DNA of 64,000 nt from Mobula hypostoma (Eukaryota), in assembly GCF_963921235.1 (NCBI RefSeq), contig NC_086097.1, forward strand, positions 165,480,001-165,544,000. The letters are read 5' to 3'. Of this stretch, positions 25,441 through 38,290 are shown one piece after another. Both the position numbers and the translations under genes were made by a program. Positions within the stretch are counted from its first letter, which is position 1; each line of letters opens with the position of its first letter. The notes under the pieces are model-generated. The model saw nothing but the letters and a program-made list of their open reading frames with translations. It made no database searches and was not told the DNA's origin.

Positions 25441-25574
25441 TTTAAGAATTCTTGCATTTTGCATGAATGATTCATGATATAGTTTGAAGAAGTTGTGTCC
25501 TGGAGAGGTCTGAGAAGGTGGCAGATTATAAAACAAAAACAACATGGACCTTATTTTCCTTTCTTTTTACATAG

Positions 25575-26036
25575 CTGAGGGGTATGCAGCCTTCCAAGAG
25601 GACAGCTCAGGTGATGAAGCAGAGAGCCCATCAAAGATGAAAAGACCAAAGGGTATCCATGTCTTCAAAAAGCCTAGTTTCTCCAAGAAGAAAGAAAAAG
25701 ATTTTAAGATCAAAGAAAAGCCAAAGGAAGAAAAGCACAAAGAGGAAAAGCATAAAGAGGACAAACACAAGGAGAAAAAGTCCAAAGATATAACTGCAGC
25801 AGATGTCGTTAAACAGTGGAAAGAGAAAAAGAAAAAGAAAAAACCTGTTCCGGAGCAGGAAGCAGTTCAGATGGATACTCCTTCTTCCTTCCGGCCTATC
25901 TTTGGTATTCCATTGGCTGAGGCTGCTGAGAGGACTATGCTATATGATGGGATCCAGCTACCAGCAGTTTTTCGTGAATGCATTGACTATATTGAAAATT
26001 ATGGCATGAAAAGTGAAGGCATTTATAGGGTATCAG
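25575..26036 (+). CDS. RALBP1: RALBP1 exon 3 (Lys/Glu-rich region and start of RhoGAP domain)
   Basis: Acceptor ttttacatag|, translation (T)EGYAAFQEDSSGDEAESPSK...PIFGIPL...LPAVFRECIDYIE...EGIYRVSG, donor cag|gtatg. Phase matches exon 2. Confidence 0.97.
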
Positions 26037-26672
26037 GTATGGTTTCAGCTTAGTTTGGGCTGTTCACTGTTTTTGTTGAAGAGAGCAATTATACAAAATT
26101 AGAACTTGCTTCCAAAACCTTTTCATTGCATGAATTTTCTTGTTATGTAAGTTGAAACTATAAGGTTGATTAAATTTATGGTTTAAAATTAATATCTGTT
26201 AGATTCATGCTTCCTCTAGATGATCAGATGCTGATTGATTTACATTTGTAGTTAGTTACTCTGCATCAGCAATCATTTTTTTATCTGTTCTATCTTCACC
26301 CAAAAAACTGTAATGATTTTGATGGAACCTAGCACTGGACAGCCCATTTGGCCCACAATGTTGTGCCAATCTTGATGCTAATTTATACTGCATCCTCTTG
26401 TGTATCACCCATATCCATCCATTCCCTTCATATTTATCTTAAAGCCTCTTAAACTCCATCAAACCGCCTGCTTCAGCTACTACCCCTGCTAACCTCTTCC
26501 AGGCATATACCTGGATAGAAGAAACTTGCCCCTCATGCAAAAAAAATGTTCTTCTAGCTATTGAACAAATCACTGATTATGGTCCCGTACAATCACTACA
26601 AAACTGTATTGAACAAACACTGATTGGATGAGCCAATATGTCCTCCAGTTAAACAAAGTGCAAACTGAAATA

Positions 26673-27087
26673 CTTATCCGTGTAAGCGGAACAAGTGCTA
26701 CACCTCCCCCTCGTACCCCATCTGTTACTCATTTTTATGCACACATTCTTTCTCTCACTCTCCTTTTTCTCCCTCTGTCCCTCTGAATATACCTCTTGCC
26801 CATCCTCTGGGTCACCCCCCCCCTTGTCTTTCTTCCCGGACCTCCTGTCCCATGATCCTTTCGTACCCCCTTTTGCCTATCACCTGTCCAGCTCTCGGCT
26901 CTATCCCTCCCCCTCCTGTCTTCTCCTATCATTTTGCATCTCCCCCTTCCCCTCCAGCTTTCAAATTCCTTACTCACTCTTCCTTCAGTTAGTCCTGACG
27001 AAGGGTCTCGGCCTGAAACGTCGACTGCACCTCTTCCTATAGATGCTGCTTGGCCTGCTGCGTTCACCAGCAACTTTGATGTATGTT
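26673..27087 (+). mobile_element. Internally deleted PLE (Neptune-like): Cys linker fragment plus pyrimidine-rich terminus and hammerhead
   Basis: Starts with YPCKRNKCYT-coding sequence, hammerhead at 26991, TSD actgaaata at 26664-26672 and 27088-27096. Confidence 0.8.
26991..27026 (+). ncRNA. Minimal type I hammerhead ribozyme motif
   Basis: Identical to 20847-20882. Confidence 0.75.
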
Positions 27088-27290
27088 ACTGAAATATTTG
27101 TGTTTGGTGCCAAAATAGAATGATTGAAAGTTAGTGCTCACTTACAGTCCTTGTTGTTACAGACCACAAACCAAGCCAGAATCCTTGGTGTTGTGATGGA
27201 CTCTGAGTTAAATTTTAACTGCCACATTAAGACAATTGCAAAGTCAGCCTACTACCATCTTAAAAATATAACGAGAGTTTAAAGGGCTTA

Positions 27291-28078
27291 TAGTGCCTAT
27301 AAGTATTTATCCCCTTTGGAAGTTTTCATGTTTTAATGATTTATAATATGGAATCACAGTGAATTTAATTTGGCTTTTTTGACACTGATCAACAGAAAAA
27401 GACTCTGTTCAAAGTGAAAAGATCTCTACAAAGTGATCTAAATTAATTACAAATATAAAACAAAAAATTGATTGCCTAAGTTTTCGACAGTGGCTTTAAC
27501 TTTGCCACTCTCCCATCTCAATCACTGGAGCTTGTAACTCTTCCAGAGTTGTCATAAGTCTCTTGGTGGCCTCCTGCACTAGTCCCCTTGCAAGGTCACT
27601 CAGTTTTTGAGGACGGCCTGCTCTAGGCATATTTACAGCTGTGCCATATTCTTTCCATTTCTTGATGATTGACTTAACTGTACTCCAGGGGATATTCAGT
27701 GACTTGGAAATTTTCTTGTATCCATCTCCTGACTTGTGTTTTTCAATAACCTCTTTGCGGGGTTGCTTGGAGTGTTCTTTTGTCTTCATGGTGTAGTTTT
27801 TGCCAGGATAATGATTCACCAGCAGTTGGACCTTTCAGATATTTTTACTACAATCAATTGAAACACCTTGACTGCACATAGGTCTCCAAAAACATATCCA
27901 TTTAACTAATTATGTGACTTCTAAAACCAACTGGCTACATCAGTGATGATTTGGTGTCACTTTAACATGAAGAATTTTTTTCTGTTGAAAAGCCAAATTA
28001 TATCCACTGTGATTCAGTGTTGTAAAACAATAAAACATGAAAACTTCTAAGGGGGTGAATTCTTTTTTATAGGCACTG
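27291..28078 (-). mobile_element. Tc1 transposon, internally deleted (family A)
   Basis: TIRs (t)agtgcctataa...ggaagttttcatgtttt / aaaacatgaaaactt...ataggcactg flanked by TA. ORF MKTKEHSKQ...GYKKISKSLNIPWSTVKSIIKKWK...GRP.KL. Confidence 0.92.
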
Positions 28079-29740
28079 TATGTCTCAGCATGATCTGGAA
28101 AAGCTCATTCATGCTTTTATTTTTAGTAGGCTTCACTACTGTAATGGCATTTTCACAGGTCTGTAAAAAAAATCCCTCAGACAGCTGCAGCTCATTCAGT
28201 ATGCTGCTGCTAGAGTCCTCACTAAGACCAAGAAAGTAGAACATATAACTCCAGTTCTCAGATCGCTACACTGCTTTCCAGTCCATCAGAGGATTGATTT
28301 TAAAATATTGCTACTGGTTTATAAAGCACGGAATGGTCTATGGCTAAAATACATCTCTGATTTCTTGCAGCATTATGATCCTTCCCAAGCTCCTAGATTG
28401 TCTGGGGCAGATCTGCTTACCATCCCCAGAGTAAAAACCAAACATGTGAAGCAGCTTTTAGTTACTATTCTCTACATATCTGGAATAACCTTCCAGAGGA
28501 TCAAGTCTGCCCCAACTTTAAGCTCTTTTAAATCGAGGCTTAAAACTTTTCTTTTCGCTATAGCTTTTAATTAGAATCTCCTTCACTGTAACTTCTATTT
28601 ATCATATCTATTTTTTTGTGTGATTTTATTCTCTTATATGTTGTCTGAAATTTGCTGTTTGATTTTTATTTCTTGTTCTATGTAAAGTACTTTGAATTGC
28701 TTTGTGTTTGAGAAGTGCTATACAGATAAACTTGCTTGCTTGCTTACAGCACTGAATTACTAGCCATCAGTTGGCCAAGAATAAAATCTGATTTTTTTGG
28801 ACTGATTTTCCAAATGGTGTGGTGTGAACTTAGGATGCAGGGAGTTCAACAGGGATCAGCAATGTGTGTTACATTCTTCCTAGGGTACATAGGGTAGTTC
28901 TAATTGAGACCATATTGAAGACATAGGTTTATTTAAATTAAACATTACAGTTTCTATTTGAGTCGTTAGGTTAGCATCTTAGTTATCTTGCAGTGGACGG
29001 TAAAACTAACCTGGGAAATGAAAATCTAAAATGGGGAAAAAAGCAAAGTCAAAGAAGCCAACTGAAATTCTGTAGTCTAAGTATAGATTTTGACAATCAG
29101 TAATGTAGTATAAGGTACAAATTTAATTTCAGGTCAGTTTTTGAAACTGCTACCATTTGCGCCAGTGTATTGCCCATTTGGAGCTAGTCCATCTATTACA
29201 GGGATTTTCAACCTATATTCTGCAAAGGACCCTTAACATTAACTGAGGAGTCTGTGGACCCCAGGTTGGAATTCAGGTTGCATTCTCAGGAATGAGAGTG
29301 CTAATGGAACCATCTGAAAGGAATTGAGCATGATTCAGTGTGGAGCGTTGGCAATGTGCAGTGGCTGTCTGTGAAGGCAGTTAATGGGCTGTCTGGAGCA
29401 AATGGTGTGGATGGTAGCAATTTGCACAGTGACGATAGGTCATTGCTAGAGGTGGGCTGCTGCTGCTCCATTTGTAAACAGGCCGTCAGGATCTTAAGGT
29501 GATTACCCTGTTTTGTGCTGTTAAGAATTAAGTGATTCTGGCCTAGCTCTAAATTGTAGGTTTACAGAGTCTCCTAAGGTCTGCAAAATAAGAAACTTAC
29601 AGTCATGTAACTGGATTTGGTTACACTGCTTAGCATCCAGGAAAAATTTGTATTGATATTCCATTTATTTTCCAATATGTAAAATTAATTTTCATTGAAA
29701 TAATGAATATTCTGCTTTTTGTATTTACTCTCTGACTTAG

Positions 29741-30090
29741 GAACCAAATCAAAAGTAGATGAATTAAAAATTGTATATGATCGTGAAGAGTCTCCAAATC
29801 TGGATGATTATGATGCAAATACAGTGGCCAGCCTCTTGAAACAATACCTTCGTGAGTTGCCAGAAAATATTCTTACCAAGGAACTTTTGATGAAGTTTGA
29901 GGATGCGTGCGGGAAAGGCACGGACAGTGAAAAAGTCCAGGAGTGCCAGCGTCTGCTAAAAGAACTGCCTGCACCTAATTACCTTCTCTTTTCTTGGCTT
30001 ATTATCCATATGAACCATGTCATTGAAAAAGAAAGTGAAACAAAAATGAACATCCAGAATATTTCTATTGTTCTTAGCCCTACTGTTCAG
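29741..30090 (+). CDS. RALBP1: RALBP1 exon 4 (RhoGAP domain)
   Basis: Acceptor gacttag|, TKSKVDELK...VASLLKQYLRELPE...KMNIQNISIVLSPTVQ, donor cag|gtact. Confidence 0.97.
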
Positions 30091-31578
30091 GTACTCTATG
30101 TGATCCAAGTTTATTTGTTAGTATAATTGTTATAGAATTTGCTGTAAATTAAGAAAATAGTAGTTCCATTTATTCAGTTAAACCTTTGCTTTTTCTTCCT
30201 CCATGATTTCTGTTTAGTTTCTCCAGTTTTGGGTCTATGATGACCACATTTGCATGCAAACATAGGGTGAAGTTTAGATGAATGAGAGTTGGACTTATTC
30301 AAATACAACGTCCTAGTGAGGCTTGACAGGGTAAATGCTAGGATGTTATCACAAATGGAAGAGTCTCAAAATCATGACGTAACTACAAGGGCTTGTCATT
30401 TAAAGCTAAGTTATGTACAGGTTAGTGAATCTGTACAGTGGGTGTTGGAGGCAGGGTTAAGTATTTAAATATTTGACAGTTTGTGGAATAGAGGGTTATT
30501 GGGGGAATGGCACAGAAGAAAAGTTGAACTTAGTATAGATCAGCCATGGCTGTATTAAATGGTGAGACGGGGTTGATGAGCCTGATGGCCCACTGTTGCT
30601 CCCTTTTTCATGTATACGGTAAAAAGGAGGTCACTTAATTCATAATGAGGACAGTTTCTCTTTTGAGTTCAATTCTGGAGAAAGTGGCACTACTCAGCAT
30701 CTTTTTCTTAGGATTTACAGGTTTTACACTTGCAAATTTAAACCCTTGAATTCCATAGATTATGTGGAGTTCAAATTAAGCATAGTAGTCCACTCATGCA
30801 TGTGAGAATGAATGCCCATGTTACTTTCACCAAAATCCAATAATTGTCGGTCCAGTGGTGGCTTCAGTTTGTTTGTGGTTTAATAATGCATCTTTATCTC
30901 TACAACAAAGAATAAGAGAAATAAGTTAAATCTTGAGCTGCTCTCACTTGTCTGTATTTTGGAATGATAAGATTAGATGGAATATCAAGGTTTGCTATGC
31001 TTTGGCTTGTTTATTTCTGTGTATCTTTACTCAACTGGTTGAGTATATGAGTTAAGTGGACATTGCCACCAGACATTCTCAGTGACTTGTCCTGAAACTT
31101 ACTGTAAATGCTGATGGACTTCTTGGGTCTATTCAGATGACCAAGTGAAAAGTGCTTGAGTCATGATTTTAGTAAATTGTTGATTTTTGAGATTATCTGC
31201 TGAACATTGTTTTTGAAATGAAGATACAAGGATAAGAGAGGTATGATAAAGTGCATAGGTAGAAACTGGATCGTCATGGACTAGATAGGCGGAATGGCCT
31301 GTTTCAGTGCTGTATTACTGTATGATTGAAAAAGTGTGATAGCTTTTGTGGTATAGAGTTCCCTTGAGAATCACCTTAAATTAGAAAAAGTACACATTGC
31401 ATGATCTCTGGCCAACTAAGTAATTTTATTGTGTAGTTACTATGGTAGTGTGGGAAACTTGGCACTGATTTGATCAAAACATTTCTTGGTTATTCGAGAG
31501 AAATGTTGGTCAGGGACTAAGATTCGAGCACATCTTTTGGTGTATGTAATTATTTTAGTGAAGTATGGAATATATTTT

Positions 31579-34488
31579 TTAATTTTTAATTTTTATTTGG
31601 ATAAGGAATTCACAAGTATCATGAACTTTTTTCACATGTATAACCTTTTACTTTTTTTATATGTATAAATCTATAATTATTTATACATTCCTAAGTACAC
31701 ATTAAGATGATATAAAAAGAAATTAGACACTTAAATAAATAATTATGTGCAGTTGAAATTCTACTCTATTAGGCTAAGTAATGATATTAGTTGTTAAGAA
31801 AAATAGTAATAATAGTGGATTAATAATAATTTCCATATATCTCTTCTGGACCATTTCTTTCTGGTCCAAAATATTGTATGTAGGCCTATGTAACTACCGT
31901 TGTAGGTGTTTATATCCTAACTTGTTCATGTTTGCTCCTACCCCCAAACATAATTATCCAATCCCCATGTACTTATTTACTTAATTTTTATTATTTTTTA
32001 TCCCTTTCCCAAATCTTTTCCTTTACTTGTGTTAATTCTCCATTTTCCAAAAAAAGAAAAAAAAACAAAAACAGTAAACATTTAGACCAGGGGTGCTTAC
32101 GTTAGCAATATTACTGTGTCGATGAGAAGAGCAGTATAAATCATTAGGAGAGTCATCTAAAGTCTGGTCGCTTTGGGGTTATATATTCAATCCATTTATT
32201 CCAAATTTGATAAAAATTTTCTTTTTGAATTCTCAGAGAGTAAGTCATCTTTTCCATTTTAAATATTTCCAAGATAATTTTGTGCCAATCTTCTAATGTA
32301 GGTGGTATTGGATTTAGCCACTTTCTAGTGATTGATTTCTTACTTGCTGCTAGAAGGGCCTGCAGCAACTTTATATCTTTCTTCTGTTCAAGAAACAATA
32401 CATGCCCCAAATAGAGCGTCTCAAAGTTCAGAGGTGTCTGGATCTTAAGTACCTTAACTAATGTTCTATGAATACCTTTCCAATATAAACTTAATTTAGG
32501 GCAATCCCAGAAAATATGGAAATGATTTGCCTCCTTGGAGCCGCACCTTCTCCAACACGTCACGTTTGTGTCTTTGTTTTTCCTGATATGGGGTCTTGAA
32601 GTATCTTATAATATTTTTCCAGCAATGTTCTCTCCAAGTCAAAGAGTTAGTCGAAGACCACTGAAAGCTGCATATTTTCCCCCAAGCCTCCTCTGAAAGT
32701 ACAACCTCGCTTCTTTCTCCCACTTCTCTTTAATATACAGTGTATTTGCATTTTTAGCATGGGAGAGTGTATTATATAATCGAGAAACTGATTTACTTGG
32801 TATTGAACTGTAAGCCGAATTCAGAATCTTGAAAAATTCTAATTCTACTGTTGCTAAGTCTGTATATCTACAACTCTGGTTAACATAGTGTCGTACTCGA
32901 AGGTATCTAAAAAAGTCATTGTGTTCTAGGCTATGTTTGTCCTGCAGGAATTGGAAACTTTGTAATACTCTTTTATGTATAAATGAGAGGTAGGTTGTAA
33001 GACCTTTCTTTGTCCATAGTTCAAGTCTTTTATCTCCTCTGTTGGGAAGGAATTCGCTATCATATGCACACCATCTGAAAAGTTTTAACATGTTATTGAT
33101 TCCACATGAATTAACCACCTTCTGCCATACTTTTAATGTAAGATTTATCCAGCTGTTTTTAAGGTTTTCCAATTGGGCCATCAATCCTTTGTCTGCTATT
33201 GAGGCCTGTAGAGGAAAACTGTCAACCAATCCAAATTCTATTTCCTTCCATCTAGCCTTATATTCCCTATTACACCAATATAACAGAGGGGTTATCTGTG
33301 AAGCATAAAAATAATTTCTCAAGCAAGGAAGTACCATACCTCCTCCTTCCTTCCCTAACTGTAAGGTGTTATATCGAATTCTAGGTTTCTTTCCTTGCCA
33401 GATAAAGCAGGAAATCCATTTGTCCCATTCCCTGAATTGATTATCATCCACCTCCACAGGTAAAGTCCGGAAAAGATAGAGTAACCGAGGGAGAATATTC
33501 ATTTTTATGGTATTTATCCTTGAATTTAAACTTAAAAAGGGGATAAGATTCCATCTATGCATATCTGCTTTTATCGCTGAAATTAATGGCCCATAATTTA
33601 CCTATGACAGCGTTGAAAGATCCTTCGGCAGGGTTATTCCTAAATATTTTAATGATTTAGCTTCCCACTTAAGATCATATGTATCCTGCAGTTTTTTGGA
33701 TGGTGTATAATTTAGGGACATAACCTGCGTTTTCTTTACATTTATTTTATAACCTGTTATTTTCCCAAAGTCATTCAACAGTGTAAATAATCCTATAAAT
33801 GATTTTTCTGGTTCACTCCGATAGAGTAAAACATCATCTGCGAATAATGCCACTTTCTGTTCAATCCCTGCCACCTTGATACCTTTTACAATTTCACTCT
33901 GTCTTATTAGTTGGGCAAGCGGTTCAATGTATAGCGCAAAAAGGAGAGGAGAAATTGGGCATCTCTGTCTAGTGCCTCTCTCTAAAATAAAGGAGTCAGA
34001 GAGGTCCCCATTTATCTTATTTTGAGCTGTAGGGCTGTCATATAAAGTCTGGATTACTTTAATAAACTTTTCTTAAAAGCCGTATCTTCCTAATACTGTA
34101 TAGGAACGCCCAACTAACTGAATCAAAAGTTTTCTCAGCGTCTAATCCCACTAACATTGTCTCTGTCCCGTTCTTAGTAACCTGTTCTAGTATGTGTAGA
34201 GTTCTCCTTATGTTGTCCTGTGTTCGTCTTTGTTGAATAAATCCAGTCTGGTCTAAATGGATTAGGCCAGGTAAAAGGTTTTCCAATCTGCGCGCTAATA
34301 TGTAAATAATTTGTAATCTAAATTAAGAACGCTAACTGGCCGATAATTACCACATTCTAGTTTATCTTTACCCTCTTTAGGAATAACAAATAATCGCTTC
34401 TCTCCAGGAAGGTGGAGTTTCTCCTCTCTGCAAGATCCAATTAAAGGTGTTAAGTAGTAATGGGGCTAACTGTGACTTCAGCGATTTG
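31579..34488 (-). mobile_element. L1-clade LINE, 5'-truncated ORF2
   Basis: DQTGFI..R...[40 protein letters not shown] and C-terminal CWR.C...HIFWDCP. A-rich tail and TSD tggaatatatttt at 31566-31578 and 34489-34501. Confidence 0.93.
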
Positions 34489-35020
34489 TGGAATATATTT
34501 TCAATGTTAAAGGCACTTGTAAGATTTGTTGGATTAAGACTATGGAGAGTTTTGATTTGTAAATATTACTGGATGAGATGGAGATCTGTTTTTGTTTAAT
34601 GAGGAAGTTATTGAAAGAACGGGATATTATATGTGATCAAATCTGGGAAGTGTACTTTTTGTCAGGGGGAGGCCAGAAAGGAGAATTTTAGGATACTGAG
34701 TTTTGAGAGTTATTGCATATATTATTTGATGGTATCAGGACAGAAATTAACTGTCCTGGACTGTCCCAAGCCCAGCTATGAAAGGAAGAGGATTGAGCAT
34801 GGGCTACAATCCCATCCTGTAAAAATCTAGAGCTACACAAATATGAACAAAAGCTCCAAAGACCTCATACCTGGGAGAGGAAGGATTTTCGAAGTTGGGC
34901 TACACCTGGGGGATAACTTGGACAGGCCCAGGACAGAGGAACCTGGCGAGCTGCTGTCAGTGGCCTATGCCCCAGTAGGTGTGATGGACTAAACAGAAAT
35001 CAATCTCCTACTTGTAATCA

Positions 35021-35610
35021 TAAACACAAGAGTTCTGCAGGTGCTGGAAATCTTGAGCAACACACACATAATGTTGGAGGAACTCAGCAAGTCAGGCAGT
35101 ATCTACGAAGGGGAATAAACAGTTGCAGTTTTGGGCTGAGACCTGACTAAGGTCTCGGCCCAAAACATTAACTGTTTGAGATTCAGATATATTTGTCGTA
35201 TGTACATCAAAACATACAGTGAAATGCATCATTTGCATTAATAAACAACACATCCAAGTATGCACTGGGTGCAGCCCAGAAGTGTCATCTTACATTCCGG
35301 TGCCAACATAGTATGCCCACAATGTTCAATACAACACAGAACCGCATGGTGGCAGCAACAACAGCAGCAAATCAACCCCCTTCACACATGCAGGCCTTTG
35401 ACCCCAGGACGGACTGCCTCTAGGCCTCCAGACCTTGGCCCCAGACTTTCTGGCCTGCACTTCCAGACTTGCAGACATTAGAGCTCCAACCACCAGTCTC
35501 TGGACTAGACTCACTAAGTTCAATCTTCAGACTTTCAGGCTTCAACCTTTGGTTTTGCCCTCCGTAGATGCTGCCTGACTCGCGGTTTTCCTCCAGCATT
35601 TTGTATGTGA
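35021..35610. mobile_element. Inverted PLE terminus interrupted by a LINE-tail-like insertion (~35178-35560)
   Basis: aaacacaagagttctgcaggtgctggaaa...ggaggaactcag, then ggtctcggcccaaaac, resuming at agatgctgcctgactcg...tccagcatttt. Confidence 0.65.
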
Positions 35611-35624
35611 TGTAAGAACCTATA

Positions 35625-36370
35625 ATCTTGTTTTTGGGGTTTTGAAGACCCTGACCTGGAGTTACACTCTGACTTTAGTTCTTTGCGGGAATGGGGCCTG
35701 CTCTCAGGGCCTCACGACCGGCTGCTTTTTGATATCCCAAGGACACAGCCTGGAAGACTAGCATGCCTTCAGGGTGCCAGGTTTTCGTGGCTCTGGATTC
35801 AAGGTTGGTGCCCCTGACTGAGGCGTCATGGGAGAACACGGAACATGGGGAGCAGTGGGTTAGCTGCTGTGTGGTGTGTGTCCAAAGACTTGAGCCCAGG
35901 GGCCAACTCTCTGGGCGTGGAGCTCAGAAAAAGCGACGCAACAGACTTTTAACATCATAAATCAGCAAGTTATTTGTTATGTCTCCCCTTTCGCTGTGAA
36001 ACGGGGACACCTCTTTTCCCTTAGTTGTGGGAGAGAGAGAGGGAGAGCCTGTGGCATGTTGGATAACCAGGTGAACAAGTATTCTATGCAGTACTGCAAG
36101 TCTGTGTCTTTACTGATGTTTTGCTGCCCGCTTGAGTGCTTGGTGGAGGGCGCCGATGCTTTTTGCTGGTGGGGGAGGGAGGGTGTTGTTGTCTTGCTGC
36201 TGCTTGTGCATGGGAGGGGGTTACTGCGGTTCTTTGGGGTTCTAACGTTTAACTGTCATTCATTCTTTGGGGCACTTCTGTTTTCGCTGATGTTTGCAAA
36301 GAAAAAGAATTTCAGGATGTATATTGTATACATTTCTCCGACATTAAATCTACCTATTGACCTATTGAAA
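35625..36370 (+). mobile_element. Non-autonomous LINE-dependent element
   Basis: GC-rich non-coding body ending tgtatacatttctccgacattaaa plus a (cctattga)2 tail. Confidence 0.55.
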
Positions 36371-37344
36371 TATGTCTAGGATAGATTGCAAATATTTAGA
36401 AGTCAGGGAAAATATAATACATGGTTAAACAAATTATAATAACAGATTGTAAGAGCTTCAATGAGAATCAATTATAAGAAGATAACATGTCTTTTTAAAA
36501 AGTTATTGGATAATCTATCTGAATCAATATAATCTTCTGAAAGCAAAATCATGTTTGGTAAATTTACTAGAGTTCTTTGATGCTAAAAAAATGAGCAGGT
36601 GCCACATCAAATATTACTACTCAAAAGGCTGTTGTCAACGTAGTGGCAGGTTTTGCAGAAGAGGAGGAAAATGGGTCATTTTCGGGTTAGATCATAGCTA
36701 TTGAAGCAGAATTAGGCCCATTAAGTTTGCTTCAGAATTTATTTATGGCTGATTTTATTTTTCAACCCCATTTTCCTTGCTTTCTCCCCGTCTGGGTTAG
36801 CAGTCAGTAATTACTGGGGTGTCACAGTAATCATTGGTAGAGCCTCAACTATCTATAATCTATGTTGATGACTTGGATGAAGAGGCTGAGTGTACTGTAG
36901 CCACATATACTACCAGTTTAAAAGTGGCTGGATTAGAAATTTGTGGACCATCCATAAAGTCTCCTAGGGGAGGTTGATAAGATTAAGGAAGTGTGTATGA
37001 AACTGGCACGTAAGAGTTTAATGAAAGTACTCACTTTGGAAGGTTAACTGGAGTGAGTCTACAAAATATTCTTGTAGAAAGGGACCTTGTTGATTTTGTG
37101 CATAGAATGCACAGGGTTGGCATGTAGGTACAGCATATACCTAAGAAGGTTAATTTTGACCATTTGTTAGAAGTAACCTGGAATAAAAATGGAAAGTGTG
37201 ATGCAACTTTAAAAAGCATTATTAAGACCAGATCTGGAGCACTGTTGAGTTTTGGTCTTAAGTTTTAAGAAAGAATGTTCTTGTATTGATGGTAGTGCAA
37301 AGAAAGCTTACTTGGTTGAGTTCTGAAATGAAGAAACTTTTATT

Positions 37345-38075
37345 CATTCAAGGCATGCATTCTTCACAGGCTGACCCAGAAATTAATTGACCATCCCTAA
37401 TTGCCCTTGAGAAGGTTTCTTCTTGAACTGTTGCAGACCTTGAGGTATGGGTACACCTGCAGTGCTGTAGGAAGTGAGTTCTAGGATTTTGTCTCAACAA
37501 TGGTGAAGGAACAGTGATGTATTTACAAATCTGAAAGGTGTGTGGCTTGGAAGGAAACTTCCATATAGTAGTGTTCCTGTGTTTTGCATCCTTCCAGCTA
37601 GTACAGGCCACAGATTTGGAAGCAGCTGTTTAAGGAGCCTTGGCGACTTGATGCAGTGCATTCTATAGATGATACAAACTGATTTTATTGTGCATTGGAG
37701 GTGCAGTAAGTGAATGGTAGTGGAAGGTTTGCCTGTCAAAAGGGCTATGTCCTATATGATGTCAAGCTTCCTAATGAGTGTTGAATCCAGACACGAGGGG
37801 AGTATTCCATCACATTCCTCACTTGAGGTGAGTTATACACTATAGGTTTCCTTGCCTCTCACCTGCACTTAAAATCATGTACATATGGTTAATTTAATTT
37901 TAATTCAGTGGTAACTCCCCAGATATTGAAAGTGGAATATCCGGTGATGGCAGTACTATTGAAAATCAAGGGGTGATGGCTTGATTTTCTCTTGTTAAGC
38001 ACCATTATTGTCTGGCAGTCATTTAGCATGAATGTTACCTGCCAACTGTCAGCCCATTCCTGGAATTGCTGCATT
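37345..38075 (-). mobile_element. Degenerate CR1/L2-like LINE 3' part
   Basis: Collinear with 56330-57130 (ccatccctaattgcccttgagaagg, WADSWQVTF). Confidence 0.75.
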
Positions 38076-38290
38076 TGGATGTGGCTTTTCTTCTGAACTA
38101 CTCATCTAATTCTATTGGAAGGTCTGATTGAAACAGTAGTTGCTGTTGTTTACAGGCTGAATTCCAGGTATAAATATTTTAACTTTAAAAACAGTTTTCC
38201 TCACATTTCCCTTACCACTGCCCTTCATTTTGAATTTTAGTGTTTTGATCATTGGAATGTCTAATAATACAAATAAATTCCTTCCAAGTT

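Larger units (their letters stand above)
26570..28745 (+). mobile_element. L2-type LINE 3' part, interrupted by PLE and Tc1 insertions
   Basis: LQLNK..TEI|.VFG, LGVVMDSELNF..HIK...KSAYYHLKNI, KGL|MS..DLEKLIHAFI.SRL.YCN, HITPVLRSLH..PV..RIDFKILLLVYK and FKSRLKTFLF. Confidence 0.85.

Noticed and set aside
31420..31578. Possible ancient DeuSINE-like remnant at the L1 insertion site
   Set aside because: Too degenerate to support without an alignment.
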